Assembly: GCA_965237675.1 (NCBI GenBank)
Contig: OZ250150.1
Location: 4,768,001 to 4,832,000 of the forward strand
DNA from: Candidatus Latescibacterota bacterium
Lineage (GTDB): Bacteria > Latescibacterota > UBA2968 > GCA-2709665
Length of the DNA stretch: 64,000 bases
Reading direction: 5' to 3'
Positions within the stretch are counted from its first letter, which is position 1; the number at the start of each line of letters is the position of its first letter. Both the position numbers and the translations under genes were made by a program. The notes beneath the pieces were generated by a model. The model had not been told where the DNA came from. It was given only the letters and a program-made list of their open reading frames with translations, and did no database searches. This document shows, piece by piece, positions 17,708-30,774 of the stretch.

Positions 17708-20700
17708 TCAATTGCGTGAAATCCCAATGGTGCCTCGCAGCCCGTTCACCTGCCATTCCCGCGTCAACTGGCAGGAATCGGGCAGTTGACCCACCAGTAC
17801 CTCCTCGGCAAGCGTTTCGCCGCTGACATATGCACGATAGCGGGTGACCGCCCTCTCCAGACAGCCTTCTCCAAAAACCCCAACATGGATGCGATCGACA
17901 ACTTCCAATCCTGTCTCCTTCCGCATGTTCTGCACGCGGTTGACGAATTCACGCGCCGTGCATTCATCGATCAGTTCGTCGTCGAGAAGCACATCCAGCC
18001 CGACGCACAGATTGTTCTCGACGGCCACCACCACGTCGTCTTTCTTCCGGCGCTGGATTTCCAGGTCCTCAAATGCGATCTCTCCTCCCGCAACCTCAAG
18101 CTTCTCACCCGTTTGCAGGCGTTCGATCTCCTCGGACGCCAATCCGGCTATGCGTCCGGTCACCTCTTTCATGCGTTTCCCGAAACGCGGCCCCAACGCC
18201 CGGAAGTTGGGTCTGTAGGAAATTTCGCTCAACTCGGTCTCATCCTCGACCAACACCACCTCTTTGATATTCAATTCCTCGGCGATCAGGCCCTGCATCG
18301 AAGTCAGCGCATCGCGCCCGGCGGTATCGGGCGGCAGCAGGTAGACCCGCCGCAACGGTTGTCGCACCTTCAGGTCGTGCCGGCTGCGAAGCGACCGACC
18401 CAGAGCAACCGCGCGCATCGCCAGATGCATCTGGGCCTCGAGTTCGGGATCGCGTAACGACTCATCGGCCTGCGGCATATCGCACAGGTGCACGCTCTCC
18501 GGAGCTTCCGGATCTGCCCGTCTCACCAGATTCTGATAGATATGCTCGGTCACGAAGGGCAGAACGGGCGCCATGGCCTTTATCAACACAACCAGCACCT
18601 CGTAAAGCGTTTCGTAGACCGCCGCCTTGTCTTCATCGTCTTCCGACTTCCAGAAGCGGCGGCGGCTGCGTCGGATATACCAGTTTGTCAACTTCTCCAC
18701 AAAAGAAACCATCACCGGCACGGTCCGGTACAACCGGTACGCCGACATCTCGGTATTCATATCGTGAAGCAGGGTCTGCAATTCCGACAGGATCCAGCGA
18801 TCCAATTCGTGCGTGCGTACCGCCCCGTTCGCGGTGGCCGGCGTCCAACCGTCGATATTGGCGTAGGTGACGAAGATTCCGCCGTACGCGTTCCACAGTG
18901 GTATGATCACCGAACGCAGGCTCTCCTGAATGCCCCGTTCGCTGATCCTCAACTCCTCGGCCTTGAGCGCCGGTGAGTTTAACAGATACAGCCTCAACGC
19001 GTCCGCGCCGTACGCATCGAGCATTTCGGTGGGCTCCGGATAATTCTTCAGCCGCTTGCTCATCTTGCGTCCGTCCTCTGCAAGCAGCATCCCGTAAACA
19101 ATGCAATTCCTGAACGCCGGCCCCTCGAACAACGCGGCCGCCAGAACCGTCAAGGTATAAAACCAGCCCCGGGTCTGATCCAGCCCTTCTGAAATGAAAT
19201 CGGCTGGAAAATTCGCCTCGAAAAACGATCGGTTCTCAAACGGATAGTGTGTCTGGGCGTAGGGCATGGACCCGGACTCGAACCAACAGTCCAGCACCTC
19301 CGGAACACGTGTCAACGTGCCTCTTCCAGTGGGACTGGGAATTTCGATATGATCGATCAGATGCTTGTGCAGATCCGCCACCTTCTTACCGCTCAGGCGC
19401 TCCAGTTCTTCGCGGCTGCCGACACAAATCGTCTCTTTCGTCTCCTCGTTCCGCCAGACGGGTAACGGCGTACCCCAGTAGCGGTTCCGGCTGACCGCCC
19501 AATCACGCGCATCCGCCAGCCAGCGTCCGAATCGTCCGTTCTTGATGTGTTCCGGCACCCAGCGGACCCGCTGATTCGAGGCAATCATCTGTTCCTTGAT
19601 CGGTTCAATGGCCACGAACCAGGTTGAGATCGCGCGATATATCAGGGGGGAATCACACCGCCAGCAGTAGGGGTAGCTGTGAACCAGCGTGCTCTCGGAA
19701 AACAGCAAACCGCCCTTTCGCAGTCGCCGCACAATATGACGATCGGCTTCCTTGACAAACTGTCCTGTATAGTCCGGCACCTCATCCGTGAACGCGCAGT
19801 CCTCGTCGATCGGACACACGACCGGGATGCCCTTTTCAACGCCCAGCTGATAGTCGTCTTCACCAAAACCGGGCGCGACGTGCACGATCCCCGTACCTTC
19901 TTCGGTCGACACGAAATCGGCCGCAACCACGCGAAACGCGCCCTCATCTCCCAGATTTTCAAAATAGCCGAACAGCGGCTCGTAACGCATCTCCAGCAGT
20001 GCCTCTATCGGCTCCGCCTCCACCCGCGCCACTTCCCCGTTGCGCCCGCCAAACAGGGCATCGAACCGCGGCTCCGCAAGGACCAACTGCTCTCCGTTCT
20101 CCATATGGACGCGCACGTACGGAATGTCTTCGCCGACCGCGAGCGCCATGTTCGAAGGCAGCGTCCAAGGGGTGGTCGTCCAGGCCAGAATCGACGTATT
20201 CGCCTGTCCCAGCACGCGGAAACGCACCGTGATCGAAGGATCCTGGGTATCCCGGTAGCCCCCCTGATTCACCTCGAAATTCGAAAGCGGCGTGGCGCAT
20301 CTGGGACAGTAGGCCAGGGAATAGTATCCCTCGTAGACAAGATCTTTCTCCCACAGGCTCTTGAACACCCACCACACCGACTCCATGAAATCCGAATCCA
20401 TCGTCCGGTATTGGTGGTCCCAATCCACCCACCGTCCGCATCGCTGGATCACCCGTTTCCACTCCGCCGTGTACTGAAGCACCTGTTCCCGGCAGAACTC
20501 GTTGAATCGACTCACTCCGAATGCAAGGATGTCTTTCCTGGACTTCAGGCCCAACTGCCGTTCGGCCTCGTTCTCGACCGGCAGTCCGTGACAATCCCAT
20601 CCAAAGCGCCGGTCCACGCGGTAACCGCGCATCGTCCAGTACCGCGGCACGACGTCTTTGATAATGGATGCCAGCAGATGCCCGTAGTGCGGAAGGCCGC

Positions 20701-20878
20701 TTGCGAACGGCGGCCCGTCGTTGAAGATGAACGAACGGGATTCAGGGCGCGTTGCCACCGACTTCGCAAACGTTCGGTTATCCTCCCAGAACCGAAGGAT
20801 CTCCTTCTCCATTCCGGAAAAGTTCATCCTGCCGGAAACGTCCTCAAACACTCTGTCTGCCTTTTTTTCCGTCGCCAT
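17708..20878 (-). CDS. ileS: Isoleucine--tRNA ligase (type 2)
   Basis: DGPPFASGLPHYGH, GWDCHGLP, WTTTPWTLPSN, EGLDQTRGWF, KMSKR. Confidence 0.97.
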   Translation of the reverse strand: MATEKKADRVFEDVSGRMNFSGMEKEILRFWEDNRTFAKSVATRPESRSFIFNDGPPFASGLPHYGHLLASIIKDVVPRYWTMRGYRVDRRFGWDCHGLPVENEAERQLGLKSRKDILAFGVSRFNEFCREQVLQYTAEWKRVIQRCGRWVDWDHQYRTMDSDFMESVWWVFKSLWEKDLVYEGYYSLAYCPRCATPLSNFEVNQGGYRDTQDPSITVRFRVLGQANTSILAWTTTPWTLPSNMALAVGEDIPYVRVHMENGEQLVLAEPRFDALFGGRNGEVARVEAEPIEALLEMRYEPLFGYFENLGDEGAFRVVAADFVSTEEGTGIVHVAPGFGEDDYQLGVEKGIPVVCPIDEDCAFTDEVPDYTGQFVKEADRHIVRRLRKGGLLFSESTLVHSYPYCWRCDSPLIYRAISTWFVAIEPIKEQMIASNQRVRWVPEHIKNGRFGRWLADARDWAVSRNRYWGTPLPVWRNEETKETICVGSREELERLSGKKVADLHKHLIDHIEIPSPTGRGTLTRVPEVLDCWFESGSMPYAQTHYPFENRSFFEANFPADFISEGLDQTRGWFYTLTVLAAALFEGPAFRNCIVYGMLLAEDGRKMSKRLKNYPEPTEMLDAYGADALRLYLLNSPALKAEELRISERGIQESLRSVIIPLWNAYGGIFVTYANIDGWTPATANGAVRTHELDRWILSELQTLLHDMNTEMSAYRLYRTVPVMVSFVEKLTNWYIRRSRRRFWKSEDDEDKAAVYETLYEVLVVLIKAMAPVLPFVTEHIYQNLVRRADPEAPESVHLCDMPQADESLRDPELEAQMHLAMRAVALGRSLRSRHDLKVRQPLRRVYLLPPDTAGRDALTSMQGLIAEELNIKEVVLVEDETELSEISYRPNFRALGPRFGKRMKEVTGRIAGLASEEIERLQTGEKLEVAGGEIAFEDLEIQRRKKDDVVVAVENNLCVGLDVLLDDELIDECTAREFVNRVQNMRKETGLEVVDRIHVGVFGEGCLERAVTRYRAYVSGETLAEEVLVGQLPDSCQLTREWQVNGLRGTIGISRN

Positions 20879-21033
20879 GAGGCTTGTTCACTTCGCTGGT
20901 GTGGTCTGGAATGTTGCCGATACGTTCTGTTTCAACGTCCTACTCAGTTCAGGGACCGCGACCGATCGGAATCCTTCTGCGCCGTACCTCAAAACGGTTC
21001 CGGCGGAAACACCGTGCTTCGAGTGACTCGATG

Positions 21034-21504
21034 TTATCGAACCGATTCGCCATTCACCACCGCGACAATCCGGTCCTCGTTCTCCCCCAACAACGCCTTC
21101 TGTTCCGGCCACATCATCACCGGCAGCCGATCGATGGGAAACCAGTCCACGACTTCGTGATGTTCTACGTCCGAGGGCACGACATCCACCTGCTCGGTCC
21201 GGTACAGGAAATAATGGGTGGTCTTCCATTCCGTTCGATAATAATTCATCCGCGCCCGAACGCCCATCGACTGGATCAATTCCAATTCCGTAAACCCCGC
21301 CTCCTCCTCGATCTCCCGACGCGCCGCCGCCTCATCGGTCTCGCCTTTGTCCACGTGTCCCTTGGGCAGCACGTATTTCTCGTACGACTGCTCGCGAATC
21401 AGCGCCACCATTACCTGTCCGTCCGCCACTCTTGCAACCACCCCTCCCGCCGAAACGCGTTCCGGCATGCCCTCGGGTTTCCGGTACCATCGTTCATCGA
21501 TCAT
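21034..21504 (-). CDS. NUDIX hydrolase
   Basis: LPKGHVDKGETDEAAARREIEEEAG Nudix box. Confidence 0.92.
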   Translation of the reverse strand: MIDERWYRKPEGMPERVSAGGVVARVADGQVMVALIREQSYEKYVLPKGHVDKGETDEAAARREIEEEAGFTELELIQSMGVRARMNYYRTEWKTTHYFLYRTEQVDVVPSDVEHHEVVDWFPIDRLPVMMWPEQKALLGENEDRIVAVVNGESVR

Positions 21505-22388
21505 CTCGTCCCGCCCAGATAGTTTTCATACAGGACGACCAGCCGTTGTCTTGCCGCCCTGGAAATGGCGCCGGGCGCCGTAATAATCGCATCCTGCGCC
21601 GCGTGGTGACACTTGCAATCGGACGCCTCCGGCAGCAGACCGGCGATTTCTTTCACCACTGCATTGGCCCTGCGCGTATTGGCCTTCAAAATGGCCAGCA
21701 CGGCTTCGATGTCCACATCCTCTTCCTGCTCGTGCCAGCAGTCGTAGTCCGTGCCCATGGAAAGAATGGCATAGCACATCTCCGCTTCCCGGGCCAGTTT
21801 GGCCTCTGGAAGCGCCGTCATTCCAATCACTGTAGCATCTGCGGCCCGGCGGTAAAATCGGGACTCGGCCCGGGTTGAAAACTGAGGACCCTCCATGCAG
21901 ACATACGTACCGCCCTCGTGCACGGTTGCGCCCCGATTCTTCGCCGCCCGCGCCACAATGTCCCGCATGTCGGCGCAAAATGGGTCTGCGAAGGCCACAT
22001 GTCCCACGACCCCGTCGCCGAAAAACGTGGAGGGTCGAATCCCCTTGGTACGGTCGAAAATCTGATCCGGCACCACCATGTCTCCGGGCCTGATATGTTC
22101 TCTCATAATTCCTACGGCGCCTACCGCGAGTACGTGGGTGACGTCCAACTGTTTCAACGCGTGGATATTGGCACGGTATTTCACCTCGGAAGGCAGCAAC
22201 CGGTGTCCGCGCCCGTGACGGGGCAGGAATACAACCGTACGTCCATCTATGTTCGTTTCTACCAGCAGATCGGAGGGTGGGCCGAACGGCGTGTCCACCG
22301 CGTGTTCCGCCACCACCGTGACGCCCTCCATCTCGTAGAAACCCGATCCGCCAATCACACCCAGGCCCAACGGCTTTGTTTCTATCAT
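21501..22388 (-). CDS. mtnP: S-methyl-5'-thioadenosine phosphorylase
   Basis: GVIGGSG, TPFGPPS, RHGRGH, EGPQFSTRAES, GMTALPEAKLARE, TDYDCW. Confidence 0.93.
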   Translation of the reverse strand: MIETKPLGLGVIGGSGFYEMEGVTVVAEHAVDTPFGPPSDLLVETNIDGRTVVFLPRHGRGHRLLPSEVKYRANIHALKQLDVTHVLAVGAVGIMREHIRPGDMVVPDQIFDRTKGIRPSTFFGDGVVGHVAFADPFCADMRDIVARAAKNRGATVHEGGTYVCMEGPQFSTRAESRFYRRAADATVIGMTALPEAKLAREAEMCYAILSMGTDYDCWHEQEEDVDIEAVLAILKANTRRANAVVKEIAGLLPEASDCKCHHAAQDAIITAPGAISRAARQRLVVLYENYLGGTR

Positions 22389-22458
22389 GGATCCGCTCCG
22401 CTTATGCCGGAAACAACCCGTTTCGCAAAGGCGAGCAGGCGCGAAGACAGACAGGACA

Positions 22459-23007
22459 TCAGTCCTCCGTCTCCGCGTTTTCTCCATTCGGGACCTGGCC
22501 GTTGCCACCCTTTACGTACGCTTCCTCGTCCGCGTCCGTCGCACGCACGTCGTCGTCGTCATCCTGAGACAACTGCGCCAGAAAATCGGACTGGGCCTGA
22601 ACAAGGGACCGGTACCTGGCCACGAACATGTCCCGATGACTTATTAGATTCACGATCTCATTCCGCATCTGCCGCACATGCGAACGCGCTTTTTCCACGG
22701 CCCGATTTCCAAGCGCTTCGGCCTCCTTCACAATCAACCTGCCCTCCGTCCGGGCATTCTCCCGTACATCGTCCGCCGTGAGTTGGGCCGTTTTCAACAT
22801 CTCCTGCAACGTCGATTCCATCTGCGTGTACCGCTCCACTTTCTCCTGCAAATTGGCCTCGCGTTCCTCCGCCTGCAAACGCTCGCGGTGCAGTTCCTCG
22901 AACGCATCCGCAATCAATTCAAGAAAGGCCATCACTTCATCCGGGTCGAGACCTCGAAAAACCCGTTTAAACTCCTGCTTCCGGATATCCAGCGAAGTCA
23001 TCTTCAC
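22459..23007 (-). CDS. DivIVA domain protein
   Basis: T.LDIRKQEF...FRG.D.DEV..FL N-terminus plus coiled coil; GGAGG RBS before GTG. Confidence 0.9.
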   Translation of the reverse strand: MKMTSLDIRKQEFKRVFRGLDPDEVMAFLELIADAFEELHRERLQAEEREANLQEKVERYTQMESTLQEMLKTAQLTADDVRENARTEGRLIVKEAEALGNRAVEKARSHVRQMRNEIVNLISHRDMFVARYRSLVQAQSDFLAQLSQDDDDDVRATDADEEAYVKGGNGQVPNGENAETED

Positions 23008-23174
23008 GGTAACCACCTCCATGACCGTCCTCGGCGCCGGCTGCGCCGGGATACCTCAAGCGGGCGGAAGGGGAAACCGCCACTCGGGGAGAAGAAAAGC
23101 GGGAATCAGGATCCAGAGCCGGGTCGGGAGGGACGCGCGCCTGGAGTAGGCATCCTCGTACCCAACTCCCGACC

Positions 23175-23777
23175 TCACGACGTACTCAATCCGAAAACGA
23201 CGAGAACCGCTCCTTTGGCAAAATTCAACAGGAGGATCAACAGAATCGGTGACAGATCGAACATGCCCAGTGTTGGAATCAGGCGTCGGAAGGGCGCCAT
23301 AACGGGCTCGGTCAGCGCGTACAGCGTCCAGACCAACCGCCCGTTTCGCAAAAAGGGCATCCAGGAAACAATGATCCGGGCGAGGATCAACACCAGGAAA
23401 ACCGAAATTGCGCCGTAAAAGAGCCAGCCTATGACCTGAAGAAAAGCCACGTTCAACAGCGCCCGAACCATCCCTTCCAGTGCCAGAAGCACGTCGTTGC
23501 TGACCCACTTCAGAAAAAATGCGCCCAACAAAGTGGCCAGAATCACGAACAAAGGCGCAATGCCGAGACTGTTGGGGGCGGGCAGGCTCTGCGCGATCGG
23601 CCAGACCATCGGATCGGTCCATTCCCGAACGACCTGAGACAGCCGGCCAAACGGTTGCGCCTTCAACAGTATCCATCGTAGAACCATCAACACAACGACA
23701 ACCACAACCGCCGAAAACGCCACAAAGCTGATGGCTGCCCGCATGTAGTCGAACACCTGCAACAGAACGTATAACAT
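23175..23777 (-). CDS. YggT family membrane protein
   Basis: Two YggT repeats: TDP...PI and TEP..APFRRLIP..G.FDLSP. Confidence 0.9.
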   Translation of the reverse strand: MLYVLLQVFDYMRAAISFVAFSAVVVVVVLMVLRWILLKAQPFGRLSQVVREWTDPMVWPIAQSLPAPNSLGIAPLFVILATLLGAFFLKWVSNDVLLALEGMVRALLNVAFLQVIGWLFYGAISVFLVLILARIIVSWMPFLRNGRLVWTLYALTEPVMAPFRRLIPTLGMFDLSPILLILLLNFAKGAVLVVFGLSTS

Positions 23778-24004
23778 AATTGCCCTTCGCTGAACCCTGC
23801 CACCGCAGACGGGCAGGCGCCAGACTGGCGGTTAATCGCACCACATTCCGCCCCTAACAGCCCGTTGAAAAAGTCCATCCGGTCTGCGGCCGGCTCTTGT
23901 GGCCGAATTACTGCGTTGCGCTCCCTTCCCGAATCCCCCGATTCGGCTCGGTCGCGCGCCTTGTCTTCGATCGCAATGGCTCGGCCTCGCCTGCAGAGCA
24001 ACTT

Positions 24005-25952
<1,948 letters not shown>

Positions 25953-25985
25953 TATCAACGGACTGCTAAGCACCCTGATCCTGCG

Positions 25986-26675
25986 TTATTGCCTGGAACC
26001 GAAAATCGCCGAGCCGACACGCACCATCGTGGCGCCCTCTTCAATTGCCACTTCAAAATCACCCGTCATTCCCATTGAGAGATGCGTCATCGATACATCC
26101 GGCATTCGTGCCGCCGCAATCTTCTCACTCAGTTCCCGCAACTGAACAAAACAGGGTCGCACCTCCTCCGGGTCCGGTAGAAACAAGCCAATCGTCATCA
26201 AACCTTCCACCCTCACCCCGTCCACTTCGGAAATCAGCCCGACCAGGTCCAGTGTCGCATCGGGCGCGGCCCCAAACTGCGACTCCACCCCGGAGGTATT
26301 CACCTGCACAAGCGTCCGCGCGGACATGCCGTCCTGCACGGCGCGTTTTCCAATTTCCCTCGCCAGCCGCAGACTGTCCACTGAATGTACCATCTGGAAC
26401 AACTGCAGCGCACTCTTCACCTTATTTCGCTGCAAATGTCCCACCATGTGCCAATTCACCGTACCCGCGACCCTGTCTACCTTCGTCTCGGCCTCCTGTA
26501 CCCGGTTCTCTCCCAGCACCCGAACCCCGGCCTCCACCGCTTCGCGGATGACCTCTACGGGTTTTGTCTTGGATACCGCAACCAGAGTTACATCGTGCGG
26601 CTGTCGTCCCGCTCGCTCCGCAGCCCGAACGATGCGTTCCTGGACCCATTTCAGATTCTGCGAAATCGACGTCAT
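25986..26675 (-). CDS. yggS: YggS/PLPBP pyridoxal phosphate homeostasis protein
   Basis: [42 protein letters not shown]. Confidence 0.95.
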   Translation of the reverse strand: MTSISQNLKWVQERIVRAAERAGRQPHDVTLVAVSKTKPVEVIREAVEAGVRVLGENRVQEAETKVDRVAGTVNWHMVGHLQRNKVKSALQLFQMVHSVDSLRLAREIGKRAVQDGMSARTLVQVNTSGVESQFGAAPDATLDLVGLISEVDGVRVEGLMTIGLFLPDPEEVRPCFVQLRELSEKIAAARMPDVSMTHLSMGMTGDFEVAIEEGATMVRVGSAIFGSRQ

Positions 26676-26903
26676 TGGCGCTCTGCCGAAACGTAAATAA
26701 GTTCAACCCCGGTACCGATACAGAATTGTAAATTTAGAATAAAACGGACGGTTTGGCAACCCATTCGCGGCCTCGAAAGCGCGAAGTTCGACCGACAGCT
26801 TCATGGAAAATCGGATAAATAATTAAAAAAAAGTGGCTTATGCGAATATATCCTGGGATTGGACTGACTCAAGTCCGGTAGTCGTCTGAACTGTCCGCCC
26901 CGG

Positions 26904-29477
26904 TTATGACCGTGACTCACTCCCGTCGTCGTGAATTTTCACGACACCGCGACTCCCGTCCACGGTTACGCGGTCTCCGGTGCGAATGCGCCGCGTCGCG
27001 CCCGACACGCCCACAACCGCCGGAACCTGATACTCCCTCGCGATCACCGAACTGTGGTTCAACACGCCGCCGATTTCCGTTACGACCGCACTCACACGCC
27101 GGAACAGCGGTGTCCACCCCGGATCGGTGCCGAGGGCAACCAGCACCTCCCCGGCCGCCAGCGCCTCGAACTCCTCGGGTCCACGTATCAACCGGGCGAT
27201 TCCGGTTGCCATACCGGGGCTCGTACCGATTCCTTGTAGCCGATCTGCGTCCTGATCCTCGCGGGGAACCGGATTCTCACCACGACCTTCGATCCAGAAA
27301 TAAAACGGCTGCCGGCCTCGCGCGCGTTCGAAGTCGGCGATCCGTCGATGAATTTCGTCCTCGCGAGCCACGGGCTCACCCTTGAACGCATTCTCAACCT
27401 CGGAACACGTCAAGAAAAACACGTCTTCGTTCCGACGCAGCAATCCGCGGGATGCGAGATGGTCCCCCAGCTTCAGAAAAACCACCCGGTATCCGGCAAA
27501 CAGTCTGTCCAGATGAAACCGCAACTCTTCACGGAGTCCGAGATAGATCCTGGCATATTTCAACACAGACCGAAATATCACGGCCCGCGCCCGCCCCCAC
27601 GTCTTTTCCGACAGACGACTCAACACAGCCGTTTCGGCCGCCCGCATCCGTTCCCGCGGATCCTGCCCCGCCGATGCGGGTCCCGCCCAAAGATTCTGTC
27701 GGAGCATCTGCACAACGGCTTCCGGGCGTTCCCGCCATCTCACAGACGTAAAATCCCTATTTGCCGAGCGAATCCCATACACGTCGATAAATGCGTTGAA
27801 CCTGGATGCGAATCCACCGTTGCCTGCCCCCAGGTATTCGAGAAACTCCTCGTCCGTCCCGGTTTCCATGCGCCCTCGCAACCCGGAATCGCTTCGGATC
27901 TCATCCGCCAATTCTTCCAGTGCGGCGTTGCCCTCCGAAGTCTTGTTGCTTTCAGGCACCAGCAACAGATCCTTGAAGGTGACCATCTCGAGTTCCGCCC
28001 AATCGACCACGATCACACGCAGGACCCAGATACAGTTCATCGCAAATGCGTAACTCCACTGGTTGACATCCTGTTGCTGATGCACGGCCAGTGCCGTCAG
28101 ACGATCCACGGCCAGGAGCAACGCATCCGGATCGCCGGCCGAGGCAATCTGCCGCTCGATCGAACGTGCCCGCCGGTTGAATACCGGGAAAAACGCGTGT
28201 CTGACCTTTCGGTGGTTGTTGTGAATCAGGCCGTAGGATTCGGTCATCAGAAAGGCCGGGAGACGCAGCAGTGCCGGCAGAATCCACCTCCAGGTTCGCG
28301 GCGCGCTTTCGACCTCCTCCTGAAGTTTCCGGGGCAGTATAACCAGCGCATCCCCCACAAGAAGTTTCTCCGGAACCAGCTTGAGCGCCTGTGCAACGGC
28401 GTCTGCATTCACGTACATATAACAATCGATCACCTTCATCATATCATTGCGTACCAACGCCCCCAGGCCCAGGCGCCTCGCGGGTCGCTGAAACGTATAC
28501 GCCTCACTCAGGCGGTCCGCAATAATCGACGCCGCCATTGGACACAGGGCTTCGGACCAGAGATCGTCACAGATCCCCCGGGACCAGATCCCCCGCGGCC
28601 GGGACACGGTCGTTGTAATTGGCCGCGCCTGCAGCAGATAGAGCCGCCCGTCGCAAAATGCCCATTCGACATCCTGGGGCTGGCCGTCGGAGAAACTCTC
28701 GATCTCCCTGCCCTGCTGCCACAGCAAATGGAGTTCATCCGCTGAAAGGGCCTCCGCATCCCGAAGCCCGGCCGGCATGGGTTCGGCACGGCGGGCTCCC
28801 GGACGGAGCCTCCACAACTTGTGCGCGATCCGTTTCTCAACCACCCCGCCCGTCTCCCGGTCCAACACGTAGGAATCGGGCGAAACCTCCCCGCCGACCA
28901 CGGTTTCGCCGAGCCCCCAGTTCGCCTCCACAAAAATACCCGGCGCGCCTGAAGCCACCGGGTTCCGCGTAAAAAGAATGCCTGACTTTTCAGCCTCAAC
29001 CATCTCCTGAACCACAACCGCGATTCGAGGAACCAGACCCGGCGCATAGGCTCGCGCCCGGACGTTCCACGCCGAAGCCCAGCACAGCCGGACGTGCTCA
29101 AGCACCGACGCGACATCCGTCAGGTTGAGATAGGTCTCGAACTGTCCGGCAAAAGCGAACGCGCTACCGTCCTCAGACGCGCCCGACGACCGGACCGCAA
29201 CGGACCTCGCTCTTTGACCGACGAGCGTCTCGCTGGATGCGCGAATAGCCTGTTCGACGTCAGGGGGAAACGAACCGCGGGCAACCGTTTCCTCAGTCGT
29301 GCCGGCCGGATCCAGGCCATTGTATTGCAGAAACCGCACACAGGCGTCGGCTGTGACGCAAAACCCGTCCGGGACACGGAATCCGCCGGTAAGCAGGCGC
29401 CCTAAATTCCGCGCCTTTCCGCCAACCTGCTCCGATGACAACCGGGAGGCCCGCGCGAGTTCAACAACAATATCCAT
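26904..29477 (-). CDS. PEP-utilising / rifamycin-phosphotransferase-like enzyme (ATP-grasp, central domain, His swivel)
   Basis: VGGKA, AVRSS..ED...AFAGQ, WGLGE.VV.G, QDVEWA, LQARPIT; C-terminal TDPGWTPLF..GG.LNH..VIARE. Confidence 0.88.
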   Translation of the reverse strand: MDIVVELARASRLSSEQVGGKARNLGRLLTGGFRVPDGFCVTADACVRFLQYNGLDPAGTTEETVARGSFPPDVEQAIRASSETLVGQRARSVAVRSSGASEDGSAFAFAGQFETYLNLTDVASVLEHVRLCWASAWNVRARAYAPGLVPRIAVVVQEMVEAEKSGILFTRNPVASGAPGIFVEANWGLGETVVGGEVSPDSYVLDRETGGVVEKRIAHKLWRLRPGARRAEPMPAGLRDAEALSADELHLLWQQGREIESFSDGQPQDVEWAFCDGRLYLLQARPITTTVSRPRGIWSRGICDDLWSEALCPMAASIIADRLSEAYTFQRPARRLGLGALVRNDMMKVIDCYMYVNADAVAQALKLVPEKLLVGDALVILPRKLQEEVESAPRTWRWILPALLRLPAFLMTESYGLIHNNHRKVRHAFFPVFNRRARSIERQIASAGDPDALLLAVDRLTALAVHQQQDVNQWSYAFAMNCIWVLRVIVVDWAELEMVTFKDLLLVPESNKTSEGNAALEELADEIRSDSGLRGRMETGTDEEFLEYLGAGNGGFASRFNAFIDVYGIRSANRDFTSVRWRERPEAVVQMLRQNLWAGPASAGQDPRERMRAAETAVLSRLSEKTWGRARAVIFRSVLKYARIYLGLREELRFHLDRLFAGYRVVFLKLGDHLASRGLLRRNEDVFFLTCSEVENAFKGEPVAREDEIHRRIADFERARGRQPFYFWIEGRGENPVPREDQDADRLQGIGTSPGMATGIARLIRGPEEFEALAAGEVLVALGTDPGWTPLFRRVSAVVTEIGGVLNHSSVIAREYQVPAVVGVSGATRRIRTGDRVTVDGSRGVVKIHDDGSESRS

Positions 29478-29674
29478 CGTTTTTGCCTTGACGATGCTCA
29501 GCGTTGATTGCCTGCACGATCGCAATTGGCCCGATCGGGTATCCGTCGGGCAGTGCGCCCTTCACATTCCGTATCGTCCGCGTCTCCTGCAACGGGGCCG
29601 GTCTTTCCGTGCGCTTCGGCGCCGGACACCAATCCCCCTTTCTTCATCCTTGCCCCCTGGTCACACGTTTGCGA

Positions 29675-30665
29675 CTATCGGCCCGTCCCAAGCGCCTGCA
29701 GGAACCCGTGCATCTGTCCCACACAGAATGCGATATAAGCCCGCCCTCCCGTGTCACCCGCCAGTTCCATGATATGGTCGTAGTCGATGGCGCCTTCAAA
29801 CCCCACCTCGTACAACGCCCTGACCACCTGAAACATATTCAGATCTCCCAAATCCGGAATCACCTCTTCATACCCTCCGGTTTCGGGAATGGTGCCCCGC
29901 ACGTTCCGAAAATGCACGTGAATGATTTTCCCCTGTCCGCCGAAACGCCGGATTCCCTCAAACACATCCTCGCCCGACTCGTACCGCGTGCCCACGCAAA
30001 ACGTCATCCCGTTTGCCGGCGACGGCACCTCTGAAAATAGTCGATCGAATGCCGCAAAGTCGTACAAGACCTGCGGCACGCCATACAGGCTGGCCACGGG
30101 CGGGTCGTTACCGTGCATGGCGACTCGTGTGCCCGCCGCTTCGGCAACCGGCACCGCCGCGCGAAAAATCTTCAGCGTTCGCTCCCAGAGTTCCTCGGAC
30201 GTGGGGGCGCCCTCCCGCGAGGGCCTGTCCAGCGCGTCGCGCAAATCCACTTTCAAATGCCTGTATCCGCCACCGCCTTCCACCCACTCGAATACGCCGC
30301 GAGTAAAGCCGCCGAATTGGGCGGCCTGAAAACACTGTATCCCGACGACGGGAAAACCGTATTCCCCGCAAAGCGCGACGTTCGCCACAAGATGATCCAG
30401 TTCCTCGTCCGCACCCGGTTCACCCAGAAAAATCAGCGTTTGTATAGTCGCTGGTCGAATTCGCCCGTTCGATTTTCAGGCCGGCCCCATCCACCACCTC
30501 CACGACTCGCTCCACGCTCTCGCGATGGAGTTGACCTGTCTCTTTATAGCCTGGAAAAATATCCAGCGTAACATCCACCACGTCGACGCCAATCTGCTTC
30601 AGGAACCGCAAATCCTGCGGCCGGTCCAGCCAGCTCGGATCGATCCGAGTGCCAATCTTAATCAC
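29675..30665 (-). pseudogene. Mannonate dehydratase (UxuA)-like gene split by a +1 frameshift (or sequence error)
   Basis: N-part ..FLKQIGVD..ERANS continues in another frame as LIFLGEPGADEEL..; C-part has HGNDPP, FCVGT, HFRNVRG, DH motifs. Confidence 0.75.
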
Positions 30666-30774
30666 AGGACACCTCTCAGGACGATATTTTCATTTTTTCG
30701 TTGTCGCGTGCCGGACTATATTGCTTCAGTTCTTACGATAACCGACAACCTGCTTTCCACGGAGCCAGCCGGAA

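Noticed and set aside
20879-21033. T-box riboswitch upstream of ileS
   Set aside because: No T-box consensus or terminator seen; spacer is short.
23790-23825. CCCTGCC...GGCAGGCGCC hairpin resembling the inner hairpin of the MITE-like repeat
   Set aside because: Too short and divergent to assign to that family.
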